Source: a bacterium
GTDB taxonomy: Bacteria > Hydrothermota > UBA3073 > JACQXS01 > JAQTXJ01
DNA length: 64,000 nucleotides
Reading direction: 5' to 3'
Assembly: GCA_028688815.1 (NCBI GenBank)
Contig: JAQTXJ010000001.1
Coordinates: forward strand, 20,587 to 84,586
The notes beneath the pieces were generated by a model. The model saw only the letters and a program-made list of their open reading frames with translations. It did not search any database and was not told where the DNA came from. Below are positions 10,834 through 20,761 of this stretch, piece after piece. The position numbers and the translations under genes are program-made. Numbering within the stretch: position 1 is the first letter of the stretch; every line of letters begins with the position of its first letter.

Positions 10834-11111
10834 CAAAGAAAGGCTGGAAAGACCTTCCAACCGGAGGTATAATAACAAAAGCCGGAAGTGCTCTTGATTT
10901 CAAAACCGGAGACTGGCGTTCGGAAAAACCAATCTGGGATAAAGAAAAATGCACTTCTTGCCTTATGTGTTTTATATATTGTCCGGATTCTTCTATTCAG
11001 GTTAAAGATGGAAAAATGACCGGAATAGACTATGACCATTGTAAAGGTTGTGGAATATGCGCAAAAGAATGTCCCGTAAAAGTTATAAAAATGGAAATGG
11101 AGAGGAGGTAA
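10830..11111 (+). CDS. porD: 2-oxoacid:ferredoxin oxidoreductase, delta subunit (2x[4Fe-4S] ferredoxin)
   Basis: Two CxxCxxCxxxCP motifs (CTSCLMCFIYCP, CKGCGICAKECP); ATGA overlap with porG. Confidence 0.8.
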   Translation: MTKKGWKDLPTGGIITKAGSALDFKTGDWRSEKPIWDKEKCTSCLMCFIYCPDSSIQVKDGKMTGIDYDHCKGCGICAKECPVKVIKMEMERR

Positions 11112-11114
11112 AAA

Positions 11115-12284
11115 ATGCCAAGGCGTGCTTTAACAGGAAACGAAGCTATGGCAGAGGCCATGAGACAGATAAATCCTGATGTCGTCGCTGCTTACCCAAT
11201 AACCCCTGCAACTGAAATAGTTCAAATATTTGCAAGCTTTGTATCGGATGGATTAGTAACTACACAATTTATACCTACGGAATCGGAACATTCCGCAATT
11301 TCCGCATGTGTAGGCGCATCTGCCGCAGGCGCAAGAGTAATGACAGGAACATCATCTCAAGGATTAGCTTTAATGCATGAAGTATTATACCAGGCGGCAG
11401 GCTTAAGAGCACCAATAGTTATATGTGAAGTAAACCGCTCTTTGTCCGCACCAATAAATATTCATTGTGACCACTCGGATACTATGGGTTCAAAAGAAGC
11501 AGGATGGATACAAATATATGCAGAAGATTCTCAGGATGCTTATGATTCAGTAATTCAGGCAATTAGAATTGCAGAAACAGTATTTTTACCCACTATGGTT
11601 TCAACAGATGGATTCATAATTTCCCATTGTATGCAGGGCGTAGAAATTCTTGAAGATAAACAGGTCCAGGATTTTATAGGACCTCATCGTTCGGCTTATT
11701 CTCTTTTCGGCGGAGCTCCTATAACCGTTGGTCCGTTAGATTTACAGGATTATTACTTTGAACATAGAAGACAATTAATGGAAGCAATGAATACCTCATT
11801 GACCACACTTGACGCAGTAAATAAAGAATTCAAACAGAAATTCGGAAGAGGTTATGACATAATTGAAGAATACAAAACCGAAGATGCCGACCATATAGTA
11901 ATGGCTATGGGTTCTACTTGCGGGACCGCAAAAGTTGCAATTGATAAAATGAGAGCAAAAGGTGTTAAAGTTGGGCTTATAAAACTCCACGTTTTCAGAC
12001 CATTCCCGCATGAACAGCTGAAAAAAGCTCTCTCAAAAGCCAAATTTGTTACGGTTCTTGACCGTTCCGATACGGCAAGCAGTATGGGTGGACCTATTTT
12101 CGTTGAAACCAGAGCAGCTCTTTACGACCAGATGCCAAAAATACTTTTTGCCGATTATATATACGGCTTGGGTGGCAGGGATATTGATATTGAAGAAATA
12201 GCAACCGTAATAGAAAAAGGTGAAAAGATGAAACTCCAGGGTAAAGTCGAAAAACCTTTAGATTATATAGGATTAAGAGAATAA
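11115..12284 (+). CDS. porA: 2-oxoacid:ferredoxin oxidoreductase, alpha subunit
   Basis: N-terminal LTGNEAMAEAMRQINPDVVAAYPITP, typical of the POR/KOR alpha subunit. Confidence 0.85.
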   Translation: MPRRALTGNEAMAEAMRQINPDVVAAYPITPATEIVQIFASFVSDGLVTTQFIPTESEHSAISACVGASAAGARVMTGTSSQGLALMHEVLYQAAGLRAPIVICEVNRSLSAPINIHCDHSDTMGSKEAGWIQIYAEDSQDAYDSVIQAIRIAETVFLPTMVSTDGFIISHCMQGVEILEDKQVQDFIGPHRSAYSLFGGAPITVGPLDLQDYYFEHRRQLMEAMNTSLTTLDAVNKEFKQKFGRGYDIIEEYKTEDADHIVMAMGSTCGTAKVAIDKMRAKGVKVGLIKLHVFRPFPHEQLKKALSKAKFVTVLDRSDTASSMGGPIFVETRAALYDQMPKILFADYIYGLGGRDIDIEEIATVIEKGEKMKLQGKVEKPLDYIGLRE

Positions 12285-12319
12285 AAAATTGAAAACTATT
12301 TTTAGATAGGAGGAGTAAG

Positions 12320-13237
12320 ATGCCAAACTTAAAGGAACTCTCCAAAAATGCAGGATTGTTCACGGGAGGGCACAGGGCTTGTGCTGGATGCGGAGGAACT
12401 GTCGTAATAAACCAAGCGTTATGCACTGCAGGTAAAAATACCGTAGTTTGTTTTGCAACCGGATGTATGGAAGTAGTGACTACCATTTATCCTTATACGG
12501 CTTGGGGTTTACCTTATGCACACTTAGGATTTGAAAATTCGGCAGCCATCGTATCAGGCGTTGAAGCCACATACAAAGCCCTTAAACAAAAAGGACAGGT
12601 AAAAGAAGATTGGAATTTTATCGCTTTCGGCGGGGACGGCGGCACCTATGATATAGGGCTACAAGCCTTATCCGGAGCAATTGAAAGAGGACATAAATTC
12701 CTTTATATATGCTATGATAACCAGGCTTATATGAATACAGGTATCCAGAGAAGCTCTGCAACGCCTACGGGCGCAAACACGACAACATCTCCTGCAGGAA
12801 CTAAAATCCAGGGGAAAGTCCAGAGACGAAAAAATCTGACAGAAATCATTGCCGCTCATGATACGCCATATGTAGCACAAGCAAACCCGGCATACTGGAT
12901 GGACTTTACGAAAAAAGTTGAAAAAGCGTTGAAAACAGACGGGCCATCTTTTATAAACGTTTTAGCGCCATGCCCGTTAGGTTGGGGTTTTTCACCAAAC
13001 AAGACGATTGAAATAGGGAAACTGGCAGCAGAGTGTAAATTCTGGCCAATGTACGAAGTAGAAAACGGAAAATACACGCTTACATACAAACCCAAAAAAG
13101 AAATGAAAGTCGAAGAATGGATGAAACTGCAGAAGAGATTTTCCCACCTGTTCAAAGAAGGCAACAAAGAATTACTTACCAATATTCAAAAGGATGTAGA
13201 TACAAAATGGGAGACATTGTTAAAAAAATGTGAATGA
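12320..13237 (+). CDS. porB: 2-oxoacid:ferredoxin oxidoreductase, beta subunit (TPP-binding)
   Basis: CAGCGGT and GDGG TPP-binding motifs. Confidence 0.85.
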   Translation: MPNLKELSKNAGLFTGGHRACAGCGGTVVINQALCTAGKNTVVCFATGCMEVVTTIYPYTAWGLPYAHLGFENSAAIVSGVEATYKALKQKGQVKEDWNFIAFGGDGGTYDIGLQALSGAIERGHKFLYICYDNQAYMNTGIQRSSATPTGANTTTSPAGTKIQGKVQRRKNLTEIIAAHDTPYVAQANPAYWMDFTKKVEKALKTDGPSFINVLAPCPLGWGFSPNKTIEIGKLAAECKFWPMYEVENGKYTLTYKPKKEMKVEEWMKLQKRFSHLFKEGNKELLTNIQKDVDTKWETLLKKCE

Positions 13238-14486
13238 TATGGAAATAACTGAATTACTTACAAAAGAAGAGCCGCTATTGAAAAAAATGGCGCAAAAATT
13301 AGGCATGGAAAATCCTGAAGGCAACAAAGAGGAATTGACATATAAGATTCTTGAAGCTCAGGCAAAAGAAGAAGGAAGCATGTTCGGACAGGGGTTACTT
13401 GAAATCCTGTCCGAACATGGTTTTTTACGTTCATCTCGTAACTCTTACCTCCCTTCCCCGGAAGACATTTACGTTTCTCATACTCAAATAAAAAGATTTG
13501 ACCTGAGAACGGGAGATATGGTTATAGGAAGGGTTCGACCGCCAAAAGATTCCGAAAGATATCCTGCGCTTTTAAAAATAGAAGCCGTTAATATGGAATC
13601 CCCGGAAGGCTGTAAACAAAGAGTTCCTTTTGATGCTCTTACGCCTTATCATCCGACTGAACGATTAAAACTTGAAAGAGCTGATGGAGATTTATCAATG
13701 AGAATTTTGGACCTCGTTTGCCCGATAGGAAAAGGACAGAGAGGACTAATAGTCTCGCCTCCGAGAGCAGGAAAAACTATATTGCTTCAGAAAATAGCCA
13801 ATTCCATTACGGAAAATCATCCTGAAGTCGTACAGCTAATCCTACTTATAGACGAAAGGCCAGAAGAGGTCACCGATACGAGAAGACACGTAAAAGCAGA
13901 AGTTCTTTCTTCTACTTTTGACGAACCGTCCGATAGACACGTGCAAGTTGCTAAAATGGTTATGGAAAAAGCAAAACGGCTTGTAGAAAACAAAAGAGAC
14001 GTTGTTATCCTGTTAGATTCCATAACAAGATTGGCGCGAGCTCACAATACTATTATACCTCATTCCGGGCGTACGTTATCAGGAGGAGTAGATGCCGAAG
14101 CTTTACGCGAACCGAAAAAATTCTTCGGAGCCGCAAGAAACGTTGAAGAAGGCGGGTCATTAACGATAGTCGCCACTGCCCTTGTTGAAACCGGTTCAAG
14201 AATGGATGAAGTAATATTTGAAGAATTCAAAGGCACAGGAAATATGGAACTCGTTCTCGATAGGGAACTCTCAAACAGAGGAATATATCCGGCTATTAAT
14301 CTTAATAAATCGGGAACAAGAAAGATTGAACTTCTCCTCCCGGAAAAAGATTTACACAGGATTCATATATTAAAAAGAGTGCTTTTGGAAATGAACCAGA
14401 TAGAAGCAATGGAACTAATGCGGGACAGGATGAGCAGGACCAAGACAAACCAGGATTTTCTTGAATCAATGAACAGTAACGGTTAG
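13230..14486 (+). CDS. rho: Transcription termination factor Rho
   Basis: N-terminal Rho domain; Walker A PPRAGKT; Q-loop/R-loop region. Start overlaps the porB stop by 8 nt. Confidence 0.9.
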   Translation: MNDMEITELLTKEEPLLKKMAQKLGMENPEGNKEELTYKILEAQAKEEGSMFGQGLLEILSEHGFLRSSRNSYLPSPEDIYVSHTQIKRFDLRTGDMVIGRVRPPKDSERYPALLKIEAVNMESPEGCKQRVPFDALTPYHPTERLKLERADGDLSMRILDLVCPIGKGQRGLIVSPPRAGKTILLQKIANSITENHPEVVQLILLIDERPEEVTDTRRHVKAEVLSSTFDEPSDRHVQVAKMVMEKAKRLVENKRDVVILLDSITRLARAHNTIIPHSGRTLSGGVDAEALREPKKFFGAARNVEEGGSLTIVATALVETGSRMDEVIFEEFKGTGNMELVLDRELSNRGIYPAINLNKSGTRKIELLLPEKDLHRIHILKRVLLEMNQIEAMELMRDRMSRTKTNQDFLESMNSNG

Positions 14487-14533
14487 CGACTCTTAGCTTA
14501 CAAACCAATTTAAGAGATTAGGGGTTGTTAATG

Positions 14534-14612
14534 CCTTATTTTATCGTTGTAAACCCTATGGTGTTATAAAATAAGGGCTTGACAATTTCGGTATTTTTGT
14601 TATATATAATAT
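14534..14612 (+). promoter_or_regulatory. 11-bp AT-rich inverted repeat (CCTTATTTTAT/ATAAAATAAGG, 21-nt loop) abutting a sigma70-like promoter (TTGACA 14579-14584, TATATA/TATAAT near 14601-14610)
   Basis: Sequence inspection; the -35 box is embedded in the motif TTGACAATTTCGGTATTTT, which recurs upstream of ftsK. Confidence 0.35.
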
Positions 14613-14649
14613 AATTGTTTATGTATTGAAATATAGGATTGAAGGAGAA

Positions 14650-15099
14650 ATGATGAGTGAATTGAATGAAAAAGAGATGTTGGGTGTAATTGAAAAAATA
14701 CGTAAAAGCGTGGAATTCTTTTCCAATTTTGAACCGTATGAACTTGTAGATATGCTAAAGGTCAGCACTACAAAGAAAATAAAACCGGGCGAAGTTATCT
14801 TCAGGGAAGGAGAACAAGGGCAAGAGATGTACATCATCGTTTACGGGTCTGTAAGTATCTACAAAGGGGAAAAAGAGCTTGCCGAATTAGGAACCAATAA
14901 CTATTTTGGCGAGATGGGAATTATCCAGCACGATGCACCCCGAACAGCAAGCGCAAAAGCACTAACGGATACTTTACTTATGATAGTAAATGAGAATATT
15001 CTTTCTTCTACAAATATAACTTTAAAATTGAAGCTATACAAAAACTTCTGCCAGATGTTAGCTCAAAGGTTAAGAGTTACAAACGAAGAACTAACATAA
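14650..15099 (+). CDS. Stand-alone cyclic nucleotide-binding (cNMP) domain protein, no DNA-binding domain
   Basis: FGEMGII...RTASAKAL cNMP-binding signature; GAAGGAG Shine-Dalgarno sequence before ATG 14650; only about 150 aa, so no HTH module. Confidence 0.7.
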   Translation: MMSELNEKEMLGVIEKIRKSVEFFSNFEPYELVDMLKVSTTKKIKPGEVIFREGEQGQEMYIIVYGSVSIYKGEKELAELGTNNYFGEMGIIQHDAPRTASAKALTDTLLMIVNENILSSTNITLKLKLYKNFCQMLAQRLRVTNEELT

Positions 15100-15380
15100 T
15101 CTCTTTTGTCTTCTCTTTTATTCTAATATACCAAACTAACTCACATAAGCGTAATCTCTTGATTATTACTTGTTATCGTCCCAAATCTCTACTATTTCTG
15201 TCCTCTGTGTCCTCTCCCATCCATTCTCTGTTCTTTTTTTTAACTCTAAATTCTCTTTCTTTTTTAGTTGGAGCTTTTTGTTAGAAATATGATATGGAGC
15301 TCTTTCCAGCTTTACTGGATTAGAAATTTTATCCCACTAACAGGACTCTGTGTTCTCTGTGGTTAATCTTTCTGTTTATC

Positions 15381-16172
15381 CTACCAGATTGTTTCTTCCT
15401 GGTACCAAGGGAATGCAAAGATAAATCCGATACCGGCTTCAACTACCGGAATTGTTTCTAATTTTTTATCCGGCGCACTTGGCAATACAGGAATCTCTTT
15501 ATACTCTCCTACAGTATAATTGACCATCAAATAATTTACCCCAACAAACAAATCCAGCGCAAAAGGTCCCCTGAGTTGCCTTATTAATCCCAACTCTGTC
15601 ATACCATACCAACCTGTAACATCCGTAGAAGATTTTTTTGTGGAATCAGTGGGGTCTATTGTCGGCAGCGACTTAGTAAGATCCCATTCTTCTGTTCCTA
15701 TAAGCATACCTCCACCAACAGACCAGTAACTATGCCACGGGGACATCCCGTTAATAAATCCAAAACTACCTCCCATAGGGTATAATTTTGGTATGCTAAA
15801 TTTTCCAAATGCATTATCTTTTGATGCTAAAGAATACATTCCCACATTAAATCCCATATAGAAAGCTTTTGGCGCAAGGAATCTCTGGGTAAATACAATT
15901 GCTCTTCTTAATTTTTCTGTCTCTGCGTATTGATAACCTTCTTTAGGTATAAATCTCGTGACCACCCAATCCAATCTAAAATAAGCTCCTGTAGGCATAC
16001 CGAATTGCAATGCCTCTGCCCCATTTTCCTCAAATACTTTCGTCCAATAATCTTCCTGAACAACCGCGCCTCCCGGAACATATCCGAGTCTGAATATCAT
16101 TGGTTTATCTTTTGGTCCACCCATAATTCCGGACAAACTTACACCTATTAGAAATAATAAATTTAATCCCAT
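15381..16172 (-). CDS. Putative outer-membrane beta-barrel protein (hypothetical)
   Basis: Signal peptide; Gly/aromatic-rich alternating pattern; C-terminal ...ETIW aromatic terminus; strong AGGAGG Shine-Dalgarno sequence. Confidence 0.5.
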   Translation of the reverse strand: MGLNLLFLIGVSLSGIMGGPKDKPMIFRLGYVPGGAVVQEDYWTKVFEENGAEALQFGMPTGAYFRLDWVVTRFIPKEGYQYAETEKLRRAIVFTQRFLAPKAFYMGFNVGMYSLASKDNAFGKFSIPKLYPMGGSFGFINGMSPWHSYWSVGGGMLIGTEEWDLTKSLPTIDPTDSTKKSSTDVTGWYGMTELGLIRQLRGPFALDLFVGVNYLMVNYTVGEYKEIPVLPSAPDKKLETIPVVEAGIGFIFAFPWYQEETIW

Positions 16173-16441
16173 CTTTACCTCCTTATTTTAGTTATCCATT
16201 ATTTAATAATATAGCTTATGATATAAAGTTACATTTTTTTGTCAATTTTAAAATTCTGATTTTTATTTATAATAATAAACATATAACCGAATGCCTAAAA
16301 TACTGGGGTAGATGATTGTAGGGACTTGATTCCTGACTGCCGTTAGGCACATTATCAAGTCCGTCTCTCTCAGATTTGTGAGAATTTCCCGTCTCTGTAA
16401 AATTTGTGGGAAAGGTATCCCGACCTTGATATATTCTGTAG

Positions 16442-16468
16442 GGAACAGGCATGCCTGTTCCAGTTTTT
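16442..16468 (+). terminator. Perfect 20-bp palindrome GGAACAGGCATGCCTGTTCC followed by a TTTTT tract (intrinsic-terminator-like on the + strand)
   Basis: Seen directly; lies in a GC-rich island between divergent genes, with a second perfect 16-bp palindrome CAAGGCTTAAGCCTTG at 16475-16490. Confidence 0.35.
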
Positions 16469-16913
16469 GTAGGACAAGGCTTAAGCCTTGAGTCTGTTTC
16501 TGTAATCTGATTTTCTGCCTTTCCGCCGAAGGAGGGACTTGCCAACTGATTTGCTGATATTCTGATGTGCTTTTTTCTCTCTGCTCTATTCGTCCTATAT
16601 GTCCTATATGACTTATTTCTTTTTATTACAATAAGTTACCACTTGTTACTATAAATTATAGCAAGCCCTTAGAGCTTTAGCTCTGATAAGAAGCTCTTAA
16701 TTTTTTTGTAGAGCTTCTTATCCAGAGTCTTTTACTGGAGGGATTTTTATCCAGAAGCGAAGCCTAGGACTGATGTTCTGATCCTCTGATATACTCTATC
16801 CATGGCTAAGAATTCTTTTTATCGTTTATTCCTCTTTTCTCGTGTAAATCGTGTGGAATCTCGTGGTTACATTTCGTATTTCTGTTTCTATCACCCCCTA
16901 CCATACAAAAAAA

Positions 16914-16942
16914 TTGACAATTACGGTATTTCATATTAGAAA
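16914..16942 (+). promoter_or_regulatory. Putative ftsK promoter; the -35 TTGACA is embedded in TTGACAATTACGGTATTTC (17 of 19 identical to the motif at 14579)
   Basis: Sequence inspection; weak -10. Confidence 0.3.
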
Positions 16943-16985
16943 AATGGGACATCCCGTCCGCTTCAAAAGGAACGGGAATTGAAAT

Positions 16986-19562
16986 ATGAGCTATTGGATG
17001 GAAACCGTTTTAAAAACTATCCTCTATATGATTATGGGAACATTATCCTTATTTGCAATTTCCGTTATAATCCTCGCTTTAATCAAGTCTTTTCTCAAAT
17101 TATCTACCGTTCGCCAGATACAAACAATTCGTATATTTTTCATAACCGCTGCAGCTCTTATAATTACAAGTATCATCACTTTTAACTCTTACGATTACTC
17201 CCAATTAAATCCTTTTTATTTTCACATCCAGCCGGTTGTTTTGAATAAATGCGGCATCGTAGGCGCAATAACAAGTTTATGGTTCAAATCAATTTTCGGA
17301 ATCTGCGCATGGCTGATTCCGTTTTTACTTCTATTATGGGGACTAATGCCTTATAGATACTGGGCAATTCTACCGCTAAAAACTCTTTTCATCATCGGCG
17401 TAAGTTTATTGTTATGTTTATCTTTTTCCAGCTTCCCCCAGCTTAATACAGACGGGGGTCTTTTAGGCAATAATCTTAAGATATTCTTAAATAGATATTT
17501 TGGAGTCGGCAAATGGTTTGTTATATTTGCCATCTTATTCGGGATGGCGTTAACGTTTGACGTTTTCCGCAATGCTGTTTTTAGTTTCTTCGCCAACCTC
17601 TTCAATCGCATTTTCAGACGCCATAAAAGTAACTCAAGCTTCCAGCTTGAGACTCAGGATATTAGTACTACACTACCAAAAGAAAATATAGTAGAACAGC
17701 CAACGGAAATTTCCACTCCACTTCAGGCAGACGAATCCATTCCTCCAATAAAATCGGATGAACCTGTTCCCTGCGAAATTCAAAGCGAATTAACGCCCCC
17801 GGAAACTCAACAACAACCGGAAATAATTCCCCAATCCAATCCGCCTCAGGCAGACCAAATTCCTCTAAATCCTTTAGATGCAGCACTCAAAGACACTACA
17901 AAATTCAAAGAGATGTATCTTGAAAAATTAAAATTACCCGATAATAACGCTACTCCTGTGGAGGATGAACAGGTATTAAAGAACAATGCAAATCTTCTGG
18001 AATCCAAGTTTGCTGAGTTCGGCGTTAAAGGAAGAATAACTAATGCCGCTCCGGGACCTGTAATTACTCGCTACGAACTTGAACTTGATCCCGGTATAAA
18101 AGTTTCCCAGGTTGCCTCTTTAGCCGATGATATCGCGCTGTCAATGAAATCCGCAAGGATAAGAATAGAAGCGCCTATTCCCGGCAAAGCCGCAATTGGT
18201 ATAGAAGTTCCAAACCAGCACAGGCAAAGTGTTTATATACGAGAACTCTTAAGCTCAAAGGAATTTGATTCCGACCCTGCAACATTATGCACAGCTCTTG
18301 GTAAAGACATTGCAGGCGAGCCCGTTTACGCGGATGCCGCAGAATTTCCACACTTATTAGTCGCAGGAACTACCGGTTCAGGAAAAAGCGTCTTCATAAA
18401 TACGATAATCGCAAGCATATTATATCGTGCATCTCCTGCGGACGTTCGTTTTCTGATGATAGATCCAAAACGGCTTGAATTGCGCCTTTACAACGGGATA
18501 CCACATCTTGTCAGACCTGTAATTTCGGACGCGAAGGAGTCACTCGGCGCACTAAAAGAAGCTCTTAGCTGGATGGAAATCCGTTATAAAGAATTTGCTA
18601 TTGCCGGAGTCAGGGATATTGCCGGCTACAACCAAAAAGCTTCCGTTCCGAAACCCTATATTGTCATATTGATAGATGAACTTGCCGACTTGATGCTTAC
18701 GGCGCCACGAGACATAGAAATAATTTTAACCCGTCTTGCGCAAATGTCACGCGCAGTCGGGATTCACCTTGTTATCGCTACTCAGCGTCCAAGCGTAGAT
18801 ATAATCACCGGTTTAATAAAAGCAAATTTCCCTGCAAGAATAGCATTTCAGGTAGCATCAAAAACTGACTCAAGAACGATTCTTGATATGAACGGCGCAG
18901 AAAAATTATTAGGCAAAGGAGATATGTTGTTTTTGCCACCTGGCGAAGGAGTAACCAAAAGAGTACACAGTGCATACATTTCAACGCAAGAGTCCAAACA
19001 TATAACGGATTTATGGGCATTAAAATGGCTTAAAGAATTATTAGAAGATAAAATAGAAAACTCCTCGCAAATCTCAGATGACATAGTTCGTCAGGATTTG
19101 GTAGAATCATTGGTATGTATAGACACACTCCCCGGTGCCGCTGAACGGATAGAAATGTTTGCTAAAGCTACGGAATCGAAATATGGGTTAAGCGGAGTGT
19201 CTGATTTATTATTGTCCCTTGATTATTATCCCGAACTTCCCGAAAGAAACCACATTCTTGAAACAAGACCTATAGATTTTCGCCAGGGAGGGAATGAATC
19301 CGTCTCAAGTAGCAATGAATCCAACTCAAACGGAGCTCAAGGCATAACTAATAACAATGAAAAAGATGAACTGTTTAATGAAGCAAAAGAACTTGTAATC
19401 CGTCATAGAGTTGCATCTGTATCGCTATTACAAAGGCAATTTAAAATAGGTTATGCGCGGGCAGGAAGATTAATAGATGAATTGGAAAAAGCGGGAGTTG
19501 TTGGACCTTATGTTGGCAGTAAATCCAGAGAAGTAATACTTCAACCGTCCTCCGCCAACTAA
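16986..19562 (+). CDS. ftsK: DNA translocase FtsK/SpoIIIE
   Basis: N-terminal multi-TM region, Pro/Gln-rich linker, Walker A GTTGSGKS, and a C-terminal gamma domain (...LLQRQFKIGYARAGRLIDELE...). Confidence 0.9.
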   Translation: MSYWMETVLKTILYMIMGTLSLFAISVIILALIKSFLKLSTVRQIQTIRIFFITAAALIITSIITFNSYDYSQLNPFYFHIQPVVLNKCGIVGAITSLWFKSIFGICAWLIPFLLLLWGLMPYRYWAILPLKTLFIIGVSLLLCLSFSSFPQLNTDGGLLGNNLKIFLNRYFGVGKWFVIFAILFGMALTFDVFRNAVFSFFANLFNRIFRRHKSNSSFQLETQDISTTLPKENIVEQPTEISTPLQADESIPPIKSDEPVPCEIQSELTPPETQQQPEIIPQSNPPQADQIPLNPLDAALKDTTKFKEMYLEKLKLPDNNATPVEDEQVLKNNANLLESKFAEFGVKGRITNAAPGPVITRYELELDPGIKVSQVASLADDIALSMKSARIRIEAPIPGKAAIGIEVPNQHRQSVYIRELLSSKEFDSDPATLCTALGKDIAGEPVYADAAEFPHLLVAGTTGSGKSVFINTIIASILYRASPADVRFLMIDPKRLELRLYNGIPHLVRPVISDAKESLGALKEALSWMEIRYKEFAIAGVRDIAGYNQKASVPKPYIVILIDELADLMLTAPRDIEIILTRLAQMSRAVGIHLVIATQRPSVDIITGLIKANFPARIAFQVASKTDSRTILDMNGAEKLLGKGDMLFLPPGEGVTKRVHSAYISTQESKHITDLWALKWLKELLEDKIENSSQISDDIVRQDLVESLVCIDTLPGAAERIEMFAKATESKYGLSGVSDLLLSLDYYPELPERNHILETRPIDFRQGGNESVSSSNESNSNGAQGITNNNEKDELFNEAKELVIRHRVASVSLLQRQFKIGYARAGRLIDELEKAGVVGPYVGSKSREVILQPSSAN

Positions 19563-19583
19563 TAACTTTCTCTTTTTTTCTCA

Positions 19584-20510
19584 ATGAAAGACAATACAAA
19601 CAGTATAATAAAATGGCTGCTTGCCGGTGACCCTTCAATTATTTATCAGACAAACCGTGATTTACTAAATACCGATATAGAAAAATTAAACCACTTAAGA
19701 AAAGCTATTGCAAAAAGCGGCTGGGGCAAAAAATTCCTTGATAGACGCAATAATGAAAATGGATTATGGGGAAATGGAATTTATTCACCTAAATGGATTT
19801 CAACTACTTATACACTGCTTGACCTGAAAAATATTGCAATACCTCCCGAAACAAAAGAATATATAGAAAGTAGTAAAATACTAATTAATACGCTTTGGAA
19901 AATACCACAAAAAAAGAAGGAAAGATATGGGGATTTATGCGTATGTGGAATGATATTAAATATATGTTGTTATGCAAAAATCTCTTCACCAAAAATAGAT
20001 GAAATTATTGATTTTATTCTGGGAAAACAATTCCCTGATGGAGGTTGGAACTGCAGGTGGGAATTCGATAAAAATCACAGCTCCCTTCATACAACAATCA
20101 ATATATTGGAAGGATTAAAAGAATATCTGGACAATAATTACTCCTATAAAAATAAAGAAATTATTCCCTCCATAAAAAAAGCTCATGAATTTATCTTAAT
20201 GCATAAACTATATAAATCCGACAAAACCGATGAAATAATTGACAAAAAGATGACAATGTTATCCTATCCTGTCCGGTGGAAATATGATATTCTAAGATGT
20301 ATGGATTATTTTAGGTCTTCTTGTCAAAAATATGACAATAGAATGGAAGAAGCATTAGAAATCATACTAGGAAAGAAGTTAATAAATAATCATTGGCCCG
20401 TGCAACAGAAATATGCGGGAAGAGTACATTTTGAGATGGAAGCAATAGGTAAAGAAAGCAGATGGAATACATTAAGAGTATTAAGGGTATTAAAAAAATA
20501 CAAAAATTAG
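19584..20510 (+). CDS. Hypothetical protein with prenyltransferase/squalene-cyclase-like repeat motifs (GKQFPDGGW)
   Basis: ORF lies 22 nt after ftsK; QxxxGxW-like motif; no confident family assignment. Confidence 0.45.
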   Translation: MKDNTNSIIKWLLAGDPSIIYQTNRDLLNTDIEKLNHLRKAIAKSGWGKKFLDRRNNENGLWGNGIYSPKWISTTYTLLDLKNIAIPPETKEYIESSKILINTLWKIPQKKKERYGDLCVCGMILNICCYAKISSPKIDEIIDFILGKQFPDGGWNCRWEFDKNHSSLHTTINILEGLKEYLDNNYSYKNKEIIPSIKKAHEFILMHKLYKSDKTDEIIDKKMTMLSYPVRWKYDILRCMDYFRSSCQKYDNRMEEALEIILGKKLINNHWPVQQKYAGRVHFEMEAIGKESRWNTLRVLRVLKKYKN

Positions 20511-20761
20511 GCAAATAAAACAACTCTCGTTTTTGATCCCTCTTCCCCGCCCCCTCCGTTCTCTTCCGTTACAACAACTACTATAGTCCGGAATCTTTTA
20601 CAGGAGAGTTGGATAAACCGGGCTTCAGGCAGGCAATTCCAACATAATTAGAATAACGTTTATCCATTACAAACTCTACCTAAAAAAATGGATTTTACCT
20701 CTTGACAATTACGAGTAAAAAAGATACTCTATATGCTATTATATATGAAGCATAAAGGTTA

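Noticed and set aside
16267-16545. 92-aa minus-strand ORF in the ftsK upstream intergenic region
   Set aside because: The translation is low-complexity (P/T/G/S-rich) with no hydrophobic core. It coincides with the GC-rich palindromic island, so RNA or regulatory DNA is more likely than protein.
16280-16560. RNase P RNA, tmRNA or SRP RNA in the GC-rich island
   Set aside because: The island is too short for RNase P RNA or tmRNA. The conserved P4 (GGAAAGUCCGG), tmRNA tag-frame/T-arm and SRP domain IV (GGAAGCAGCC) sequences were not found.
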